Source: a virus. From it: a stretch of 41,389 nucleotides of DNA. Below the pieces are notes generated by a model. That model worked only from the letters and a program-made list of their open reading frames with translations, was not told the DNA's origin and did no database searches. Below, piece after piece: positions 30,535-39,117 of the stretch (within the stretch, counting starts at the first letter, position 1; every line of letters begins with the position of its first letter). The stretch lies in the IMG/VR virus record IMGVR_UViG_3300044257_000012, one strand, 5' to 3'. A program made the position numbers and the translations under genes.

Positions 30535-30736
30535 CCGCCTGCCGATGTGGCGCAAGTCCAGCTTCAGCAACGGGACCGGCGGGAACAACTGTGTGGAGGT
30601 GGCGCGCAACCCGGCCATCCCCGGCAAGGTGTTCGTGCGTAGCACGAAGGACCGCGGCGGCAGCGTGGTCATGTTCACCACCGACGAGTGGGCCGCGTTC
30701 CTGGCCGGCGCAAAGGCCGGAGAGTTTGACTCGTGA
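30521..30736 (+). CDS. DUF397 domain protein (BldB/WhiJ-associated family)
   Basis: WRKSSFSNGTGGNNCVEVA...VFVRSTKDRGGSVVMFTTDEWAAFLAGAKAGEFD matches the DUF397 pattern. Confidence 0.8.
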   Translation: MTAADRLPMWRKSSFSNGTGGNNCVEVARNPAIPGKVFVRSTKDRGGSVVMFTTDEWAAFLAGAKAGEFDS

Positions 30737-30749
30737 CGTTCTAGACATA

Positions 30750-30781
30750 CATGGGCACTGGCCGATTGGCCAGTGCCCATG
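30750..30781 (+). terminator. terminator hairpin, 14-bp stem
   Basis: catgggcactggcc-gatt-ggccagtgcccatg. Confidence 0.6.
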
Positions 30782-30807
30782 TTCCGCTCAGAGGAAGGGG
30801 GAATCAG

Positions 30808-31023
30808 ATGACGATCAGAGGCAGGCACCGTGCGCCACCGCCGTACGACACACGCACGATCGAGCCGAGCGTACGAGCGCTGTACGGCGTGTTCGTGCTG
30901 ATGGTCGGAATCCTCCTGCTCACGCTCGGCGCTGTCGCGTTCATCCCCGAACTCTCCCCGCCGGCGTACGTGATCGGCGGAGCGTGCATCGCGTCAGCCA
31001 TCTACGAATTCACCGCCGAATGA
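30808..31023 (+). CDS. small membrane protein (2 TM helices)
   Basis: ORF 30751..31023 trimmed to ATG 30808 (GGAAGGGGGA upstream). 71 aa. Confidence 0.6.
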   Translation: MTIRGRHRAPPPYDTRTIEPSVRALYGVFVLMVGILLLTLGAVAFIPELSPPAYVIGGACIASAIYEFTAE

Positions 31024-31026
31024 TAC

Positions 31027-31055
31027 TTGTGCGCTCCATTCGTCCATGCTAGATT
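31027..31055 (+). promoter_or_regulatory. promoter TTGTGC-N17-TAGATT
   Basis: Close match to the genome's promoter consensus. Points toward the 3' end of the lysis genes. Confidence 0.6.
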
Positions 31056-31093
31056 AGTCCTTGTAAGCGAGATGGCGAGCGAGGGGCGAGACG

Positions 31094-31129
31094 ATGATCG
31101 ATTTGATGGAATGCGGCATCCGCGCTTAG
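31094..31129 (+). other. 11-codon mini-ORF (MIDLMECGIRA) behind a canonical CGAGGGGCGA element
   Basis: ATG 4 nt after the motif, stop TAG at 31127. Followed by hairpins. It is unclear whether it is translated. Confidence 0.3.
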
Positions 31130-31184
31130 CCACATGCCGCCGCGGCATGGCGGATGCTGACCGAGTAACGCGGATCGAGTATGG

Positions 31185-31222
31185 CTCAGCCCCATCGCCA
31201 CAGGGGGAGCGATGAGGCTGAG
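31185..31222. terminator. convergent-transcription hairpin (13 bp, 1 mismatch)
   Basis: ctcagccccatcgc-(10 nt)-gcgatgaggctgag, just beyond the holin stop. Confidence 0.45.
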
Positions 31223-31235
31223 AGCTGTTGACCGC

Positions 31236-31574
31236 CTACTTGACCGTAACTCCGAGGTAGGCCAGCATGCCGATGATCGCCATCGCGACTGTCGCGATGA
31301 GGCCGACCATGGCTTTCGGCATCTTGTCCCGTTCAAGCGAACGGATGCGCGCTTCGAGGTCGGCTTTCGCAGCCTGCCACTCCGTCTCCATGCGCGTCAC
31401 CCGCTCAGGGATGGCGCTGAGTGCGCGGATCTCGTGCTTGTGCTCGGTGACGTCTTCTTTGATGTACGCCATGTCAGACAAGACGGTGGTCACCTTTGCC
31501 GAGAGGTCGCCTAGCTTCGCCAGGATTTCGACCAGCATGACACCGGTATTGTCTGATTGGGTAGGGGAAGTCAC
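31236..31574 (-). CDS. holin-like membrane protein
   Basis: 112 aa. Coiled-coil-like N-terminal part and one C-terminal TM helix MVGLIATVAMAIIGMLAYLGV. GTGA overlap with the endolysin stop. Confidence 0.5.
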   Translation of the reverse strand: MTSPTQSDNTGVMLVEILAKLGDLSAKVTTVLSDMAYIKEDVTEHKHEIRALSAIPERVTRMETEWQAAKADLEARIRSLERDKMPKAMVGLIATVAMAIIGMLAYLGVTVK

Positions 31575-32428
31575 TCGGCAACCCCATCGCGCAGAATCTC
31601 CCGTAGTGCCTCGATCGCGACATCTGCGGTCACGGGCGCGCTACCGGTCGGCCGTGCGATCAGTTCGGCCAGAACGGCACCGAGCGAGGCCAGCGCACTA
31701 TCCAATGCCGCGAACCGCGATGTCCAGTCCAGCGCCGCGGCCTGAGCCGAGTACGTGCGCGCTGACACCGCTGCACCACGAGTCGACTGCGCGTATCCGG
31801 CCAAGGTCCAGTGAGTATTGGGCGTTCCGTCCGCGTTGGCCGCAGCATCGGTCGGCGCGGTGATGATTCCGTCGGTGGCTACTACCGCGCGGCACATCGC
31901 CGCGCGGACGTCCGCGTCATTGAGCAGCGCCAGGAACTCGGCTTTGGTCATGGTGTCGTCCTCCTGTACGCCCCACGGGCGAGTGTCGGCCTCAGTGCTG
32001 CTCAAGTATCGCCCAGAGAAGTGAACGTGATTCGTGTGCGGGTCGCTCCCGGCGTAGTCGCGCCAGGCCCACCCTTGCGAGCGCGACGCGATCCGCCCGT
32101 TCCAGATGACGTACGACAGTCGGCCGACCACGTCCGCGCTCTCATACTCGACACGCTCGCGCTCCACCAGCGCCAGGATCGCGCGGTTGAACCATCCGCT
32201 TTCCGGCCACGGGCCGGAAGCGTCGATGTCGAGCGCGTGAACCTCGTTCTTGTCGTCCGCATCGTGATCGCGGAGGACGTCCGAGTCCTCATCCGGGGTG
32301 TGATCAGACGTCGACGTGTGCGACGTGTCGCCGATCGTCCCGTCAGCGCCCTTGTCGCGATCAGGGGAGACCGTATTGAACTCCGCGCGCAGAGTAAGCA
32401 GGCACTGGATGACGGTCCATGCGCTCAT
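31571..32428 (-). CDS. endolysin, LAS-type (M15-like) zinc peptidase domain plus C-terminal domain
   Basis: DGTIGDTSH..SDHTPD, HALDID and HTNHVH (HxH). ATG 32428 is preferred over the track start 32437 (GGAGGAGG 8 nt upstream). Adjacent to the holin-like gene. Confidence 0.6.
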   Translation of the reverse strand: MSAWTVIQCLLTLRAEFNTVSPDRDKGADGTIGDTSHTSTSDHTPDEDSDVLRDHDADDKNEVHALDIDASGPWPESGWFNRAILALVERERVEYESADVVGRLSYVIWNGRIASRSQGWAWRDYAGSDPHTNHVHFSGRYLSSTEADTRPWGVQEDDTMTKAEFLALLNDADVRAAMCRAVVATDGIITAPTDAAANADGTPNTHWTLAGYAQSTRGAAVSARTYSAQAAALDWTSRFAALDSALASLGAVLAELIARPTGSAPVTADVAIEALREILRDGVAE

Positions 32429-32443
32429 CGATGCCACCTCCTC

Positions 32444-32881
32444 CTAGCTGATGATGAAGGACACGGACAGCCGGAGGTTCGTCACGCCCGACCCCGCCGT
32501 CCCGTTGATGGTGCTACTGGCCGTCCTCAGCGTAACCAATCCCGCAGTGTCGACAGTCGCCTCCCCCGACGACGTGCCGTTACCCCAGATTGCCGACTTG
32601 ATATGCGTCGGGCGATACGCGGCTGCCAGTGTGAACATCAGCGTGTCTGCGATGTTGCCTGACGTCGCCGTGATGTCCGCGCCGGTCCGTGCGCAATACA
32701 GGTCGATGTCGACGTGTTTACCGTCGGACAGCGTCGCCGCGCGCACGTCGTTGACGCTGAATCCCGACGCCACCGTCCCCACGGTGGCCGTGACCACGGT
32801 GACGTCGGGGACGTCGATGATGTTCGTGTTGAGCAGGTCAGCCGTCAGTCTCTGGCCGGTCAGAAAGTCGGTAGTCCCCAT
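32444..32881 (-). CDS. minor tail protein (small, fibre-like)
   Basis: 145-aa Thr/Gly/Ala-rich ORF following the large tail protein. Confidence 0.55.
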   Translation of the reverse strand: MGTTDFLTGQRLTADLLNTNIIDVPDVTVVTATVGTVASGFSVNDVRAATLSDGKHVDIDLYCARTGADITATSGNIADTLMFTLAAAYRPTHIKSAIWGNGTSSGEATVDTAGLVTLRTASSTINGTAGSGVTNLRLSVSFIIS

Positions 32882-32882
32882 G

Positions 32883-35708
32883 TCATCTCCCTACGTAGAA
32901 CACTTCGGCCAAGCGCACGAGCGCGCCCGCGTCGTGCGCCTTGACCACGCCGTTCACCGACCTGGTGATGGTGCCGGTCTGCGGTGAGGACGTCCCCGTC
33001 ACTGCGGTCAAGGTGACCACCTCACCGTCAACATCCAAGTCCATCGGGAAGTCGCTGGGGTAGGTGGCGCTGTCCGCCCATCTGGCCGATCCCGCCGGCG
33101 TGATCAGGGTGACCGACGTGGCCGTGGTCGTCAGTGAGCCGCTACTGGTGTGCGTGGTGGCGTCGAGGCGCGGGACATACTCAGCAGACCCGAGGACGGG
33201 TACCGCGCGGTACGGGCCAGCGGGAGTCGCGTTGAAGCTGATGTCCCACATGAAACGCGACAGCGTTTCCTGATAACCCTGAATCAGTTCGGCGACGTCG
33301 TCGGGCGGCATCCATGAAGGCAAGTCGGCCAGCACCGCGGTGTCGCCGAGATTCGCTGCGACTACGGACGCGAACTGAGCGGTGTCGGCCAGAAGGGCGG
33401 ACCGGTGAAGGGCGACGGCGACGGACGGATACCTGTCCTGGTCCCAGGTCCCCACCAGGGCGATCCATCCGGCCGCCGATGGCAACCTCTCGTCGGTGGC
33501 CACGTTCAGTGTGTACGCCGCGGCGTACTTTCCGACTCCGTCAGGTGGTTCGGAGATCGAGTTGTAGCCCTCGGTGACCACCGCGCGATACGACGAACCG
33601 CCCGTGCGCGTGACAGTGACGTCGTTCATCAACCCTAGATCGTCGTCGGACGGCTGCGGGACGTCGCTGAGTTCCGAGTCCGTGTACGTGAAGACGACGT
33701 CTTCCCTTGACTCCATGTCGGCGCGCGTGCGGTACGCCAGCATCAGCGCGTCGCGCGTCTCTCCACCGATGCCGCCGTCCGTGTCCCAGCATTCGGCAGC
33801 CAGGTCGAGGTAAGTGCCAGGGGTCTGGTAGCCCATCGGTTCGGAATCCGCGTACAGCCCCGTGATCTCGATGGCGACGCCCTCCTCATCGGACAGGCGC
33901 TTCAATCTGGCCGCGGCGGTCTCGAGGGCGTAGGCGTTGGATGCGTCGCGGAAGGTGCCGTCCGACAGGTCGAGCGCATCCTGAGACAGGAAGACCTGGC
34001 TGATCCGCATCGCGTTGAATGTGGTGTCGTTCGACGCGAAGAACTTGATCGACTTCGGCTCCCCCAGGCTGTATCCAGCGATCGTCGTCGGGCCCGATCC
34101 GCCACCGTATGTGCCGATCGCGTCCCATCGCTGGGAATAGGTGAAGTCCGACCCGCTGTCCTGTAGGAGCAGGTTGTATCCGATCCACCCGTTGGCAGGG
34201 TTGATGTCCGTGATCGCCGTCGCGCTGTTGCCGAGACTGACACCTGTGATGTCGTAGAACTCGACCGTCCACACTGTGCTGCTCAGGCTGACATCGACTC
34301 GCGCGAACTGCCCTAGCCAGACCATCGTAAAGAAAACCTTGGCCGACGCGGGGAGCGCGTCGACTCTGACGTAGAAGACGATGCTGAACGTCGCCGGCGC
34401 GAACAGCTCGGTCAGCTTGATCTTCCCGAGAAACTGGCTCGTTGACGCCGAGAATGCGATCGCCCCCGCCGATCCAGGCGGAGTGTCGGTTGACCCGAAC
34501 GTCGCATCGACAATGGTTCCGGCCGCGCTCCCCGCGCGCGAGCTGCTACTAGCCGCCGTAGTCGAGTCGCTACCGTCCTCCATCGGCCAGTAATCGAACG
34601 GATCGTGTTGGAGGAAGTTGCGGCGCATGGCACTGTCCAGCGGCTTCGCGCCCTGAGAGAGGCGACGCATCAACCCAGATGCCTGAGCGGGCATGGCGAC
34701 GTCGATGCCCGCGACGTCCCATCGCTGAGGGAGGGAGTGAAGCTCACCCCAGAACCTAACTCGATCCGACGTGAGTCGCGCATTGTCACCAGCGATCGTC
34801 CACGTGTTCGGTGTGCCGAGTCCGTCGCTCCATGACGTGTCGCCGATCGACCGAGATGTCGCGTCCATCCTGGCGACAAGCGTTCCCGCGATCCCGTTGT
34901 ACATCTCGAACGCGTAGATCTTCCCGCCGAAGCCGGAGTTGCTGCCGATACCGCCACGAGAGTTTGCGCTACCTCCGACGGTGACATTGGTGGTGCTCGC
35001 AAAGATCGACGTGGTTCCCGCGGTAACGACGGCGCTCCCGAGAGTCGTCCATGACCCGCTGATCGAGTCGGATGTGTAGAACGTGACCGTGTTCCCTCCG
35101 GCCCCGTTGTTGACGTCGAGTGTGACTCGAATGGCCAGTCGGCCAGAGGACGCGGGGACGGACGCCGTGGAGCTGATATCGATGCGCGTGGCCAGCGTTC
35201 CGGCGCTGCTCCACAGTAGAGCCAATTGCCCGCTCTGGCCGAGCGTGATCATCCATGACCGCTGATCGCTTGCAGTCTGGTATTTCGCGGCGAGGGTCAA
35301 GTCCGGCGGGGGTCGCCACGAATGCGGCCACAACTCCATGCGGATGTCGATGTCGCCCGTAATGTCGAGCACCGCTTTGTCGGCAGTCGTGACGTGCTCA
35401 AGAGTCGTCTGTTGGTCGTTGAACGGCAGGCGGACGTGATTGTCGCCAGAGCCCGCACGTACGCGAAGCTGAGTGTTCTTGCCCAGCTTGCGATAGTTCG
35501 TGGAGGTGGGCAGTCGGTTCGAGAAGTACCCGTCGGCGTTCTCGAACGTCAGATTGGCTCGCTGCGCGGATGGCCGAGACTGCTCACTCGTGCGGCCACG
35601 ACTGATGACTACCTTCTGCTCGCCGCGCACCCTGGCCGAGACATCCGTCCACGTCCCGTCGATCAGTGTCTCGATGATCGGATGATCGTCACTTCCGTAC
35701 AGCGCCAT
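32883..35708 (-). CDS. large minor tail protein (Dit/Tal-like, host-recognition candidate)
   Basis: 941 aa, immediately after the tape measure (TAATG overlap). The N-terminus MALYGSDDHPIIETLIDGTW is typical of distal-tail proteins. Confidence 0.7.
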   Translation of the reverse strand: MALYGSDDHPIIETLIDGTWTDVSARVRGEQKVVISRGRTSEQSRPSAQRANLTFENADGYFSNRLPTSTNYRKLGKNTQLRVRAGSGDNHVRLPFNDQQTTLEHVTTADKAVLDITGDIDIRMELWPHSWRPPPDLTLAAKYQTASDQRSWMITLGQSGQLALLWSSAGTLATRIDISSTASVPASSGRLAIRVTLDVNNGAGGNTVTFYTSDSISGSWTTLGSAVVTAGTTSIFASTTNVTVGGSANSRGGIGSNSGFGGKIYAFEMYNGIAGTLVARMDATSRSIGDTSWSDGLGTPNTWTIAGDNARLTSDRVRFWGELHSLPQRWDVAGIDVAMPAQASGLMRRLSQGAKPLDSAMRRNFLQHDPFDYWPMEDGSDSTTAASSSSRAGSAAGTIVDATFGSTDTPPGSAGAIAFSASTSQFLGKIKLTELFAPATFSIVFYVRVDALPASAKVFFTMVWLGQFARVDVSLSSTVWTVEFYDITGVSLGNSATAITDINPANGWIGYNLLLQDSGSDFTYSQRWDAIGTYGGGSGPTTIAGYSLGEPKSIKFFASNDTTFNAMRISQVFLSQDALDLSDGTFRDASNAYALETAAARLKRLSDEEGVAIEITGLYADSEPMGYQTPGTYLDLAAECWDTDGGIGGETRDALMLAYRTRADMESREDVVFTYTDSELSDVPQPSDDDLGLMNDVTVTRTGGSSYRAVVTEGYNSISEPPDGVGKYAAAYTLNVATDERLPSAAGWIALVGTWDQDRYPSVAVALHRSALLADTAQFASVVAANLGDTAVLADLPSWMPPDDVAELIQGYQETLSRFMWDISFNATPAGPYRAVPVLGSAEYVPRLDATTHTSSGSLTTTATSVTLITPAGSARWADSATYPSDFPMDLDVDGEVVTLTAVTGTSSPQTGTITRSVNGVVKAHDAGALVRLAEVFYVGR

Positions 35709-37711
35709 TACGCCACCCCCGCCACGCCGAGGCTCGCCTGAACGCTTCCGCCATCGCCACGCACTTCCGCGCGAATGCCTTCCATCATCCCCCGAATCGC
35801 CTCAGGAGCGTGAGAAGGGTCGAACTTCAGCACGATCTCAAGTTTCCCGCCGGCCAGGGACGAGCCGGCAGCGCCGGACATCATGCGCTGAGTGTCAGGG
35901 TTCGAGTGCACCTGAGTTCCGGCGGGCAGATCGACCAACTCGGGACCGGCCTCACCGACCATGCGCATACCCGAGTGCATCCCGCCGGTAGCCGCGCCGA
36001 CGATGCCGCCGGATGCCTTACCGCCGGTGACGGAGTTCCCCGCGTAACTGACGTTCTCCTTGCGAACCACGTGATACGTCTGCGTGAACGTGCCCTCCCA
36101 CCTGTCCGCCGCACGCTTCGCAGAGATCAACTCCTTCTCGAGAGCGTCGATCTCCTTCTTCGTAAGACCAGCGTTGCGCATCGCCGTACGCATAGCGGGA
36201 GTGAGCTTCCCGTCCAAGCCCTCGCGCGCGGCCTGTCCTGCCTTGCTCGTGAGGTTGCTAGCTGCCGAACCAAGCTTGATCAGTGCGTCCCTAGCTTCTT
36301 TCGACTTGGGCCCATGCTTGTCGAGCGCCTTGTTGTAGTCACCCTGAGCCTCCCTGACGGCCTGCTGAGCGGAGATCATCGCGTAGAGCGGATCCGTCTG
36401 CTGACGCATCGTCTCCTCCAGCTCTTTCAGCGCGGCGTTCTGCGCCTCAGCTGCGGACGCAGCGTCGATCGTGACGTCATGCCATTCCGCCCCAGCGATG
36501 ATTGCCGTATCCGCACCATCCGTCCACGCGACGAGCGCGTTTGCCCAATCCGCGATGAGGCCACCAGCGGGACGAATGGTGTCGATCACGGACGCCGCGA
36601 CTTCCATGAAGATGGTGAGCGCCTGAATCGTCGTCACTATCATGCCCGTAAAGAAGTCGAGCGCGGCAGCCGCGCTGTCGCCGTCGTCGGCCATGTGCGC
36701 GAACATGTCACCGATAGCTTCGCCGACTTCCTCGAACATGTCACCGAACGACTCAAAGACGGGGCCTGCTCCGCCAAGCATTTGATCGATACCGTCCATC
36801 ATCGTCGACACGCCGTCGAGGATGCCGTTGATTAGGGGATCGAGTAGGCCCGCCGACTTGCCGAAGATGGACGCGACTGTCGGCAGTAACGACTTGAACG
36901 CGCCACCCACTCGCTCGATCGCATCAGTGGCGGCAGGCACGAACGACTTGGCAGCACTCTGGAGATCGCTCTTGACGATCTCGCCTAGCGCTTTCGCCGC
37001 GCCCTTGACTCGCGGGTCACTCGCTGCCGCCGCAAAACCGCCCGCGATGCCAAGCCCGCCACCGGCACCGATGACGGCAGCAGCCAGGACTCCACCGATC
37101 AGCGGAGAAGCGACGACCGTCAAGCCCGCGATCCCCGCAATGACGTACGGGGACGTGCCTGCCGCCTGTGCGGCCTGCCCGAATGCTTCGGCAAATGTCT
37201 CCGCCGTAGCCTTACCCGCGCCCTTCGCCCCCTTAGTCAGCGCGGGCAGCATCTTCGAGAAGATGCCTTTCTCGCCGTCGTCGCCACTCGCGCCGGCGAG
37301 GCCCCTCTTGATTCCGTCGCCGAGCTTGCTCCCCGCCTTGTCCCCGGCGGTCTCCATCTCGTCTTCAACGTCGTCGCCGATGCGCTCAGTCATGCCTGAG
37401 ATGAGCGGGGCGCTCTCGGCCAGACCGGCGACAATCCCGCTCCCGAGCTTGCCGCCTGCCCTGTCTCCCGCAGTCTCCATCTCGTCGATGACTCCGACTC
37501 CGATGCGGTCAGCGCGGTTGACGATCGCTGGTTGACCCTTACTCAGGCCATCCCCGATACCGTCAGCCAGACCGCACCCGCCCTTCTGGCCGGACTGCTT
37601 CAGACCTCGTTCGACATCTTCGCCGAGCTTCTTGGCGTTCTTGCGCGCGGAGTCGAACCCCTTGGCAGTGTCGTCCTCCGACCGGACATGGATGACAACT
37701 TCATTCTCCAC
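35708..37711 (-). CDS. tape measure protein
   Basis: 667 aa, Ala/Gly-rich with internal repeats (DEMETAGD(R/K)AG.KLG x2). Position after the G/G-T chaperones. Confidence 0.85.
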   Translation of the reverse strand: MENEVVIHVRSEDDTAKGFDSARKNAKKLGEDVERGLKQSGQKGGCGLADGIGDGLSKGQPAIVNRADRIGVGVIDEMETAGDRAGGKLGSGIVAGLAESAPLISGMTERIGDDVEDEMETAGDKAGSKLGDGIKRGLAGASGDDGEKGIFSKMLPALTKGAKGAGKATAETFAEAFGQAAQAAGTSPYVIAGIAGLTVVASPLIGGVLAAAVIGAGGGLGIAGGFAAAASDPRVKGAAKALGEIVKSDLQSAAKSFVPAATDAIERVGGAFKSLLPTVASIFGKSAGLLDPLINGILDGVSTMMDGIDQMLGGAGPVFESFGDMFEEVGEAIGDMFAHMADDGDSAAAALDFFTGMIVTTIQALTIFMEVAASVIDTIRPAGGLIADWANALVAWTDGADTAIIAGAEWHDVTIDAASAAEAQNAALKELEETMRQQTDPLYAMISAQQAVREAQGDYNKALDKHGPKSKEARDALIKLGSAASNLTSKAGQAAREGLDGKLTPAMRTAMRNAGLTKKEIDALEKELISAKRAADRWEGTFTQTYHVVRKENVSYAGNSVTGGKASGGIVGAATGGMHSGMRMVGEAGPELVDLPAGTQVHSNPDTQRMMSGAAGSSLAGGKLEIVLKFDPSHAPEAIRGMMEGIRAEVRGDGGSVQASLGVAGVA

Positions 37712-38212
37712 CCTTGATCCGCCTTTCGATCATGACCATCTGGATCAGTGACACGTCTTCAGCGTCGATCTGAGACGGTAGGGCGTGGAAGCGATCACAC
37801 AGATAGAGCGTGTCGAGCGCTTCCTGAGCTTCCCGGGGAAGGGTTACAACGGTTCCATCGGAATCGATTCCTCCGCCGACGGCGAGGTAGAGGTCGATCC
37901 CAGATCCAAAGGGGCGGACACGCCCACCGCGGCCAGGTACCACTCACGCGCGACGGCGGCCAGAACCACGCTCTCTTGAGAGAGTAGGGAGTCGACGGAG
38001 ATCGGCAGCGTCTCGCCGGCCTCGTCCTCGAAGTTCCAGCGCTTGATGTGCGCGATCAGAATCTCAGCCAGGCGCGTCTCATCCTGACTGAGCTTCAGTG
38101 CGCGAACCTCGCGCATGGTTTCGACGGAAGTCGAGCGGATGTCGATTTCCAGCCCTTCGAGGTCCCCCGCGTCCCATCGCAGCGCGTACGTCCGATCGAG
38201 GCGAAAACCCAT
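37701..38212 (-). CDS. tail assembly chaperone, -1 frameshift product (G-T type fusion)
   Basis: ORF 37701..37943 lies in the -1 frame relative to 37844..38212. The slippery heptamer sits in the overlap. Confidence 0.65.
37844..38212 (-). CDS. tail assembly chaperone (G type)
   Basis: 122-aa acidic protein between the tail tube genes and the tape measure. Confidence 0.75.
   Translation of the reverse strand: MGFRLDRTYALRWDAGDLEGLEIDIRSTSVETMREVRALKLSQDETRLAEILIAHIKRWNFEDEAGETLPISVDSLLSQESVVLAAVAREWYLAAVGVSAPLDLGSTSTSPSAEESIPMEPL
37907..37913 (-). promoter_or_regulatory. programmed -1 frameshift slippery site C CCT TTG
   Basis: X XXY YYZ heptamer checked codon by codon in the G frame. The -1 frame reads CCC TTT G and stays open to 37701. 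Confidence 0.65.
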
Positions 38213-38263
38213 GTCTTTCTTGCTCCCCTGTTTGATGATGCTGTCATTCGTGGGCGTTCGATT

Positions 38264-38671
38264 CTAAGCCCAAGTGGGCGTTGAACCGTCACTCAGGACA
38301 CCCGGCGCGGTGAATGTTAGCTCGCCGGACTGTGCGCGAGTGAGTGCGTAGTCGGTGTACAGGAGTTCGCCGGCGAGGGTCTGGCCGGACACCGTGAGCG
38401 TCGTCGTGCGCGCCACCGACGTCGACGGAACCGTCTTGAACACGTCGTGAGCCTGGCTCGTCGCGTCATTGAAGACGCCGTTGAGGGTGATGGTGAAGTC
38501 GGCCAGCAGGAGCAGGCGCTCGAACGCGCTCTTGTCGACGCCGGTCACGTCCTGAACGCCACGAGGCGTGGCGAAACTGAAGTTGGTGATGTCATTCTTG
38601 ATGGCTCGCGCAGTACCACCGCTGTCATCGATCGACAGCGTAGTCCAGCCCAGTCCTGATTCCTTGGCCAC
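38264..38671 (-). CDS. tail tube-like protein (short paralogue)
   Basis: ORF 38264..38728 trimmed to GTG 38671 (AAGGAAGG 8 nt upstream). The N-terminus (M)AKESGLG resembles that of gene 39118..39846. Confidence 0.6.
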   Translation of the reverse strand: MAKESGLGWTTLSIDDSGGTARAIKNDITNFSFATPRGVQDVTGVDKSAFERLLLLADFTITLNGVFNDATSQAHDVFKTVPSTSVARTTTLTVSGQTLAGELLYTDYALTRAQSGELTFTAPGVLSDGSTPTWA

Positions 38672-38675
38672 TGAT

Positions 38676-39104
38676 TTAGCCTTCCTTGATTCGATCGGCG
38701 ATCGCCTGCTGATGCGTGGCGAAGTCATCTACCCAGTCACGCGCGTTGCGCTGCACCGACGGAACGCCGTGCGGGTTGCCGCGGAAGTCTCCACCCTTCA
38801 CCACATACAGCGGCTCGCGTTCGAGCGAGACGAGATGCTCGGACGCGCGAAAGCACATCTGGCCGGGAGGGAAGGTGAACGTCACCGTCCCGTCAGCGTT
38901 GCGCTCCTCGGTGAACCGCCGGCCAGAGGACGAACGGATGTAGCGAGCCTGGCCGGAGTCGGGTAGGAGTTTCGTCTTCCACCCGAGCGTGTACCCGCGA
39001 CACTGCGCCTCTTCGCACGTGGTGGCCTTGCGGAAGTGCGTCGAGATGGGCGCGACGATCTGATACGTCTTGAAAGCTTCGGCGGGAAGGTTCGGCACGA
39101 TCAT
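38676..39104 (-). CDS. hypothetical protein
   Basis: 142-aa ORF with AGGGGTGA SD. Confidence 0.6.
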   Translation of the reverse strand: MIVPNLPAEAFKTYQIVAPISTHFRKATTCEEAQCRGYTLGWKTKLLPDSGQARYIRSSSGRRFTEERNADGTVTFTFPPGQMCFRASEHLVSLEREPLYVVKGGDFRGNPHGVPSVQRNARDWVDDFATHQQAIADRIKEG

Positions 39105-39117
39105 CGTTCACCCCTGA

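Noticed and set aside
31027-31215. 62-aa plus-strand ORF as an ordinary protein gene.
   Set aside because: The track start falls in the promoter -35 itself. The in-frame ATG (31072) lacks an SD and the frame has low third-position GC. The canonical leader motif feeds a different, 11-codon frame.
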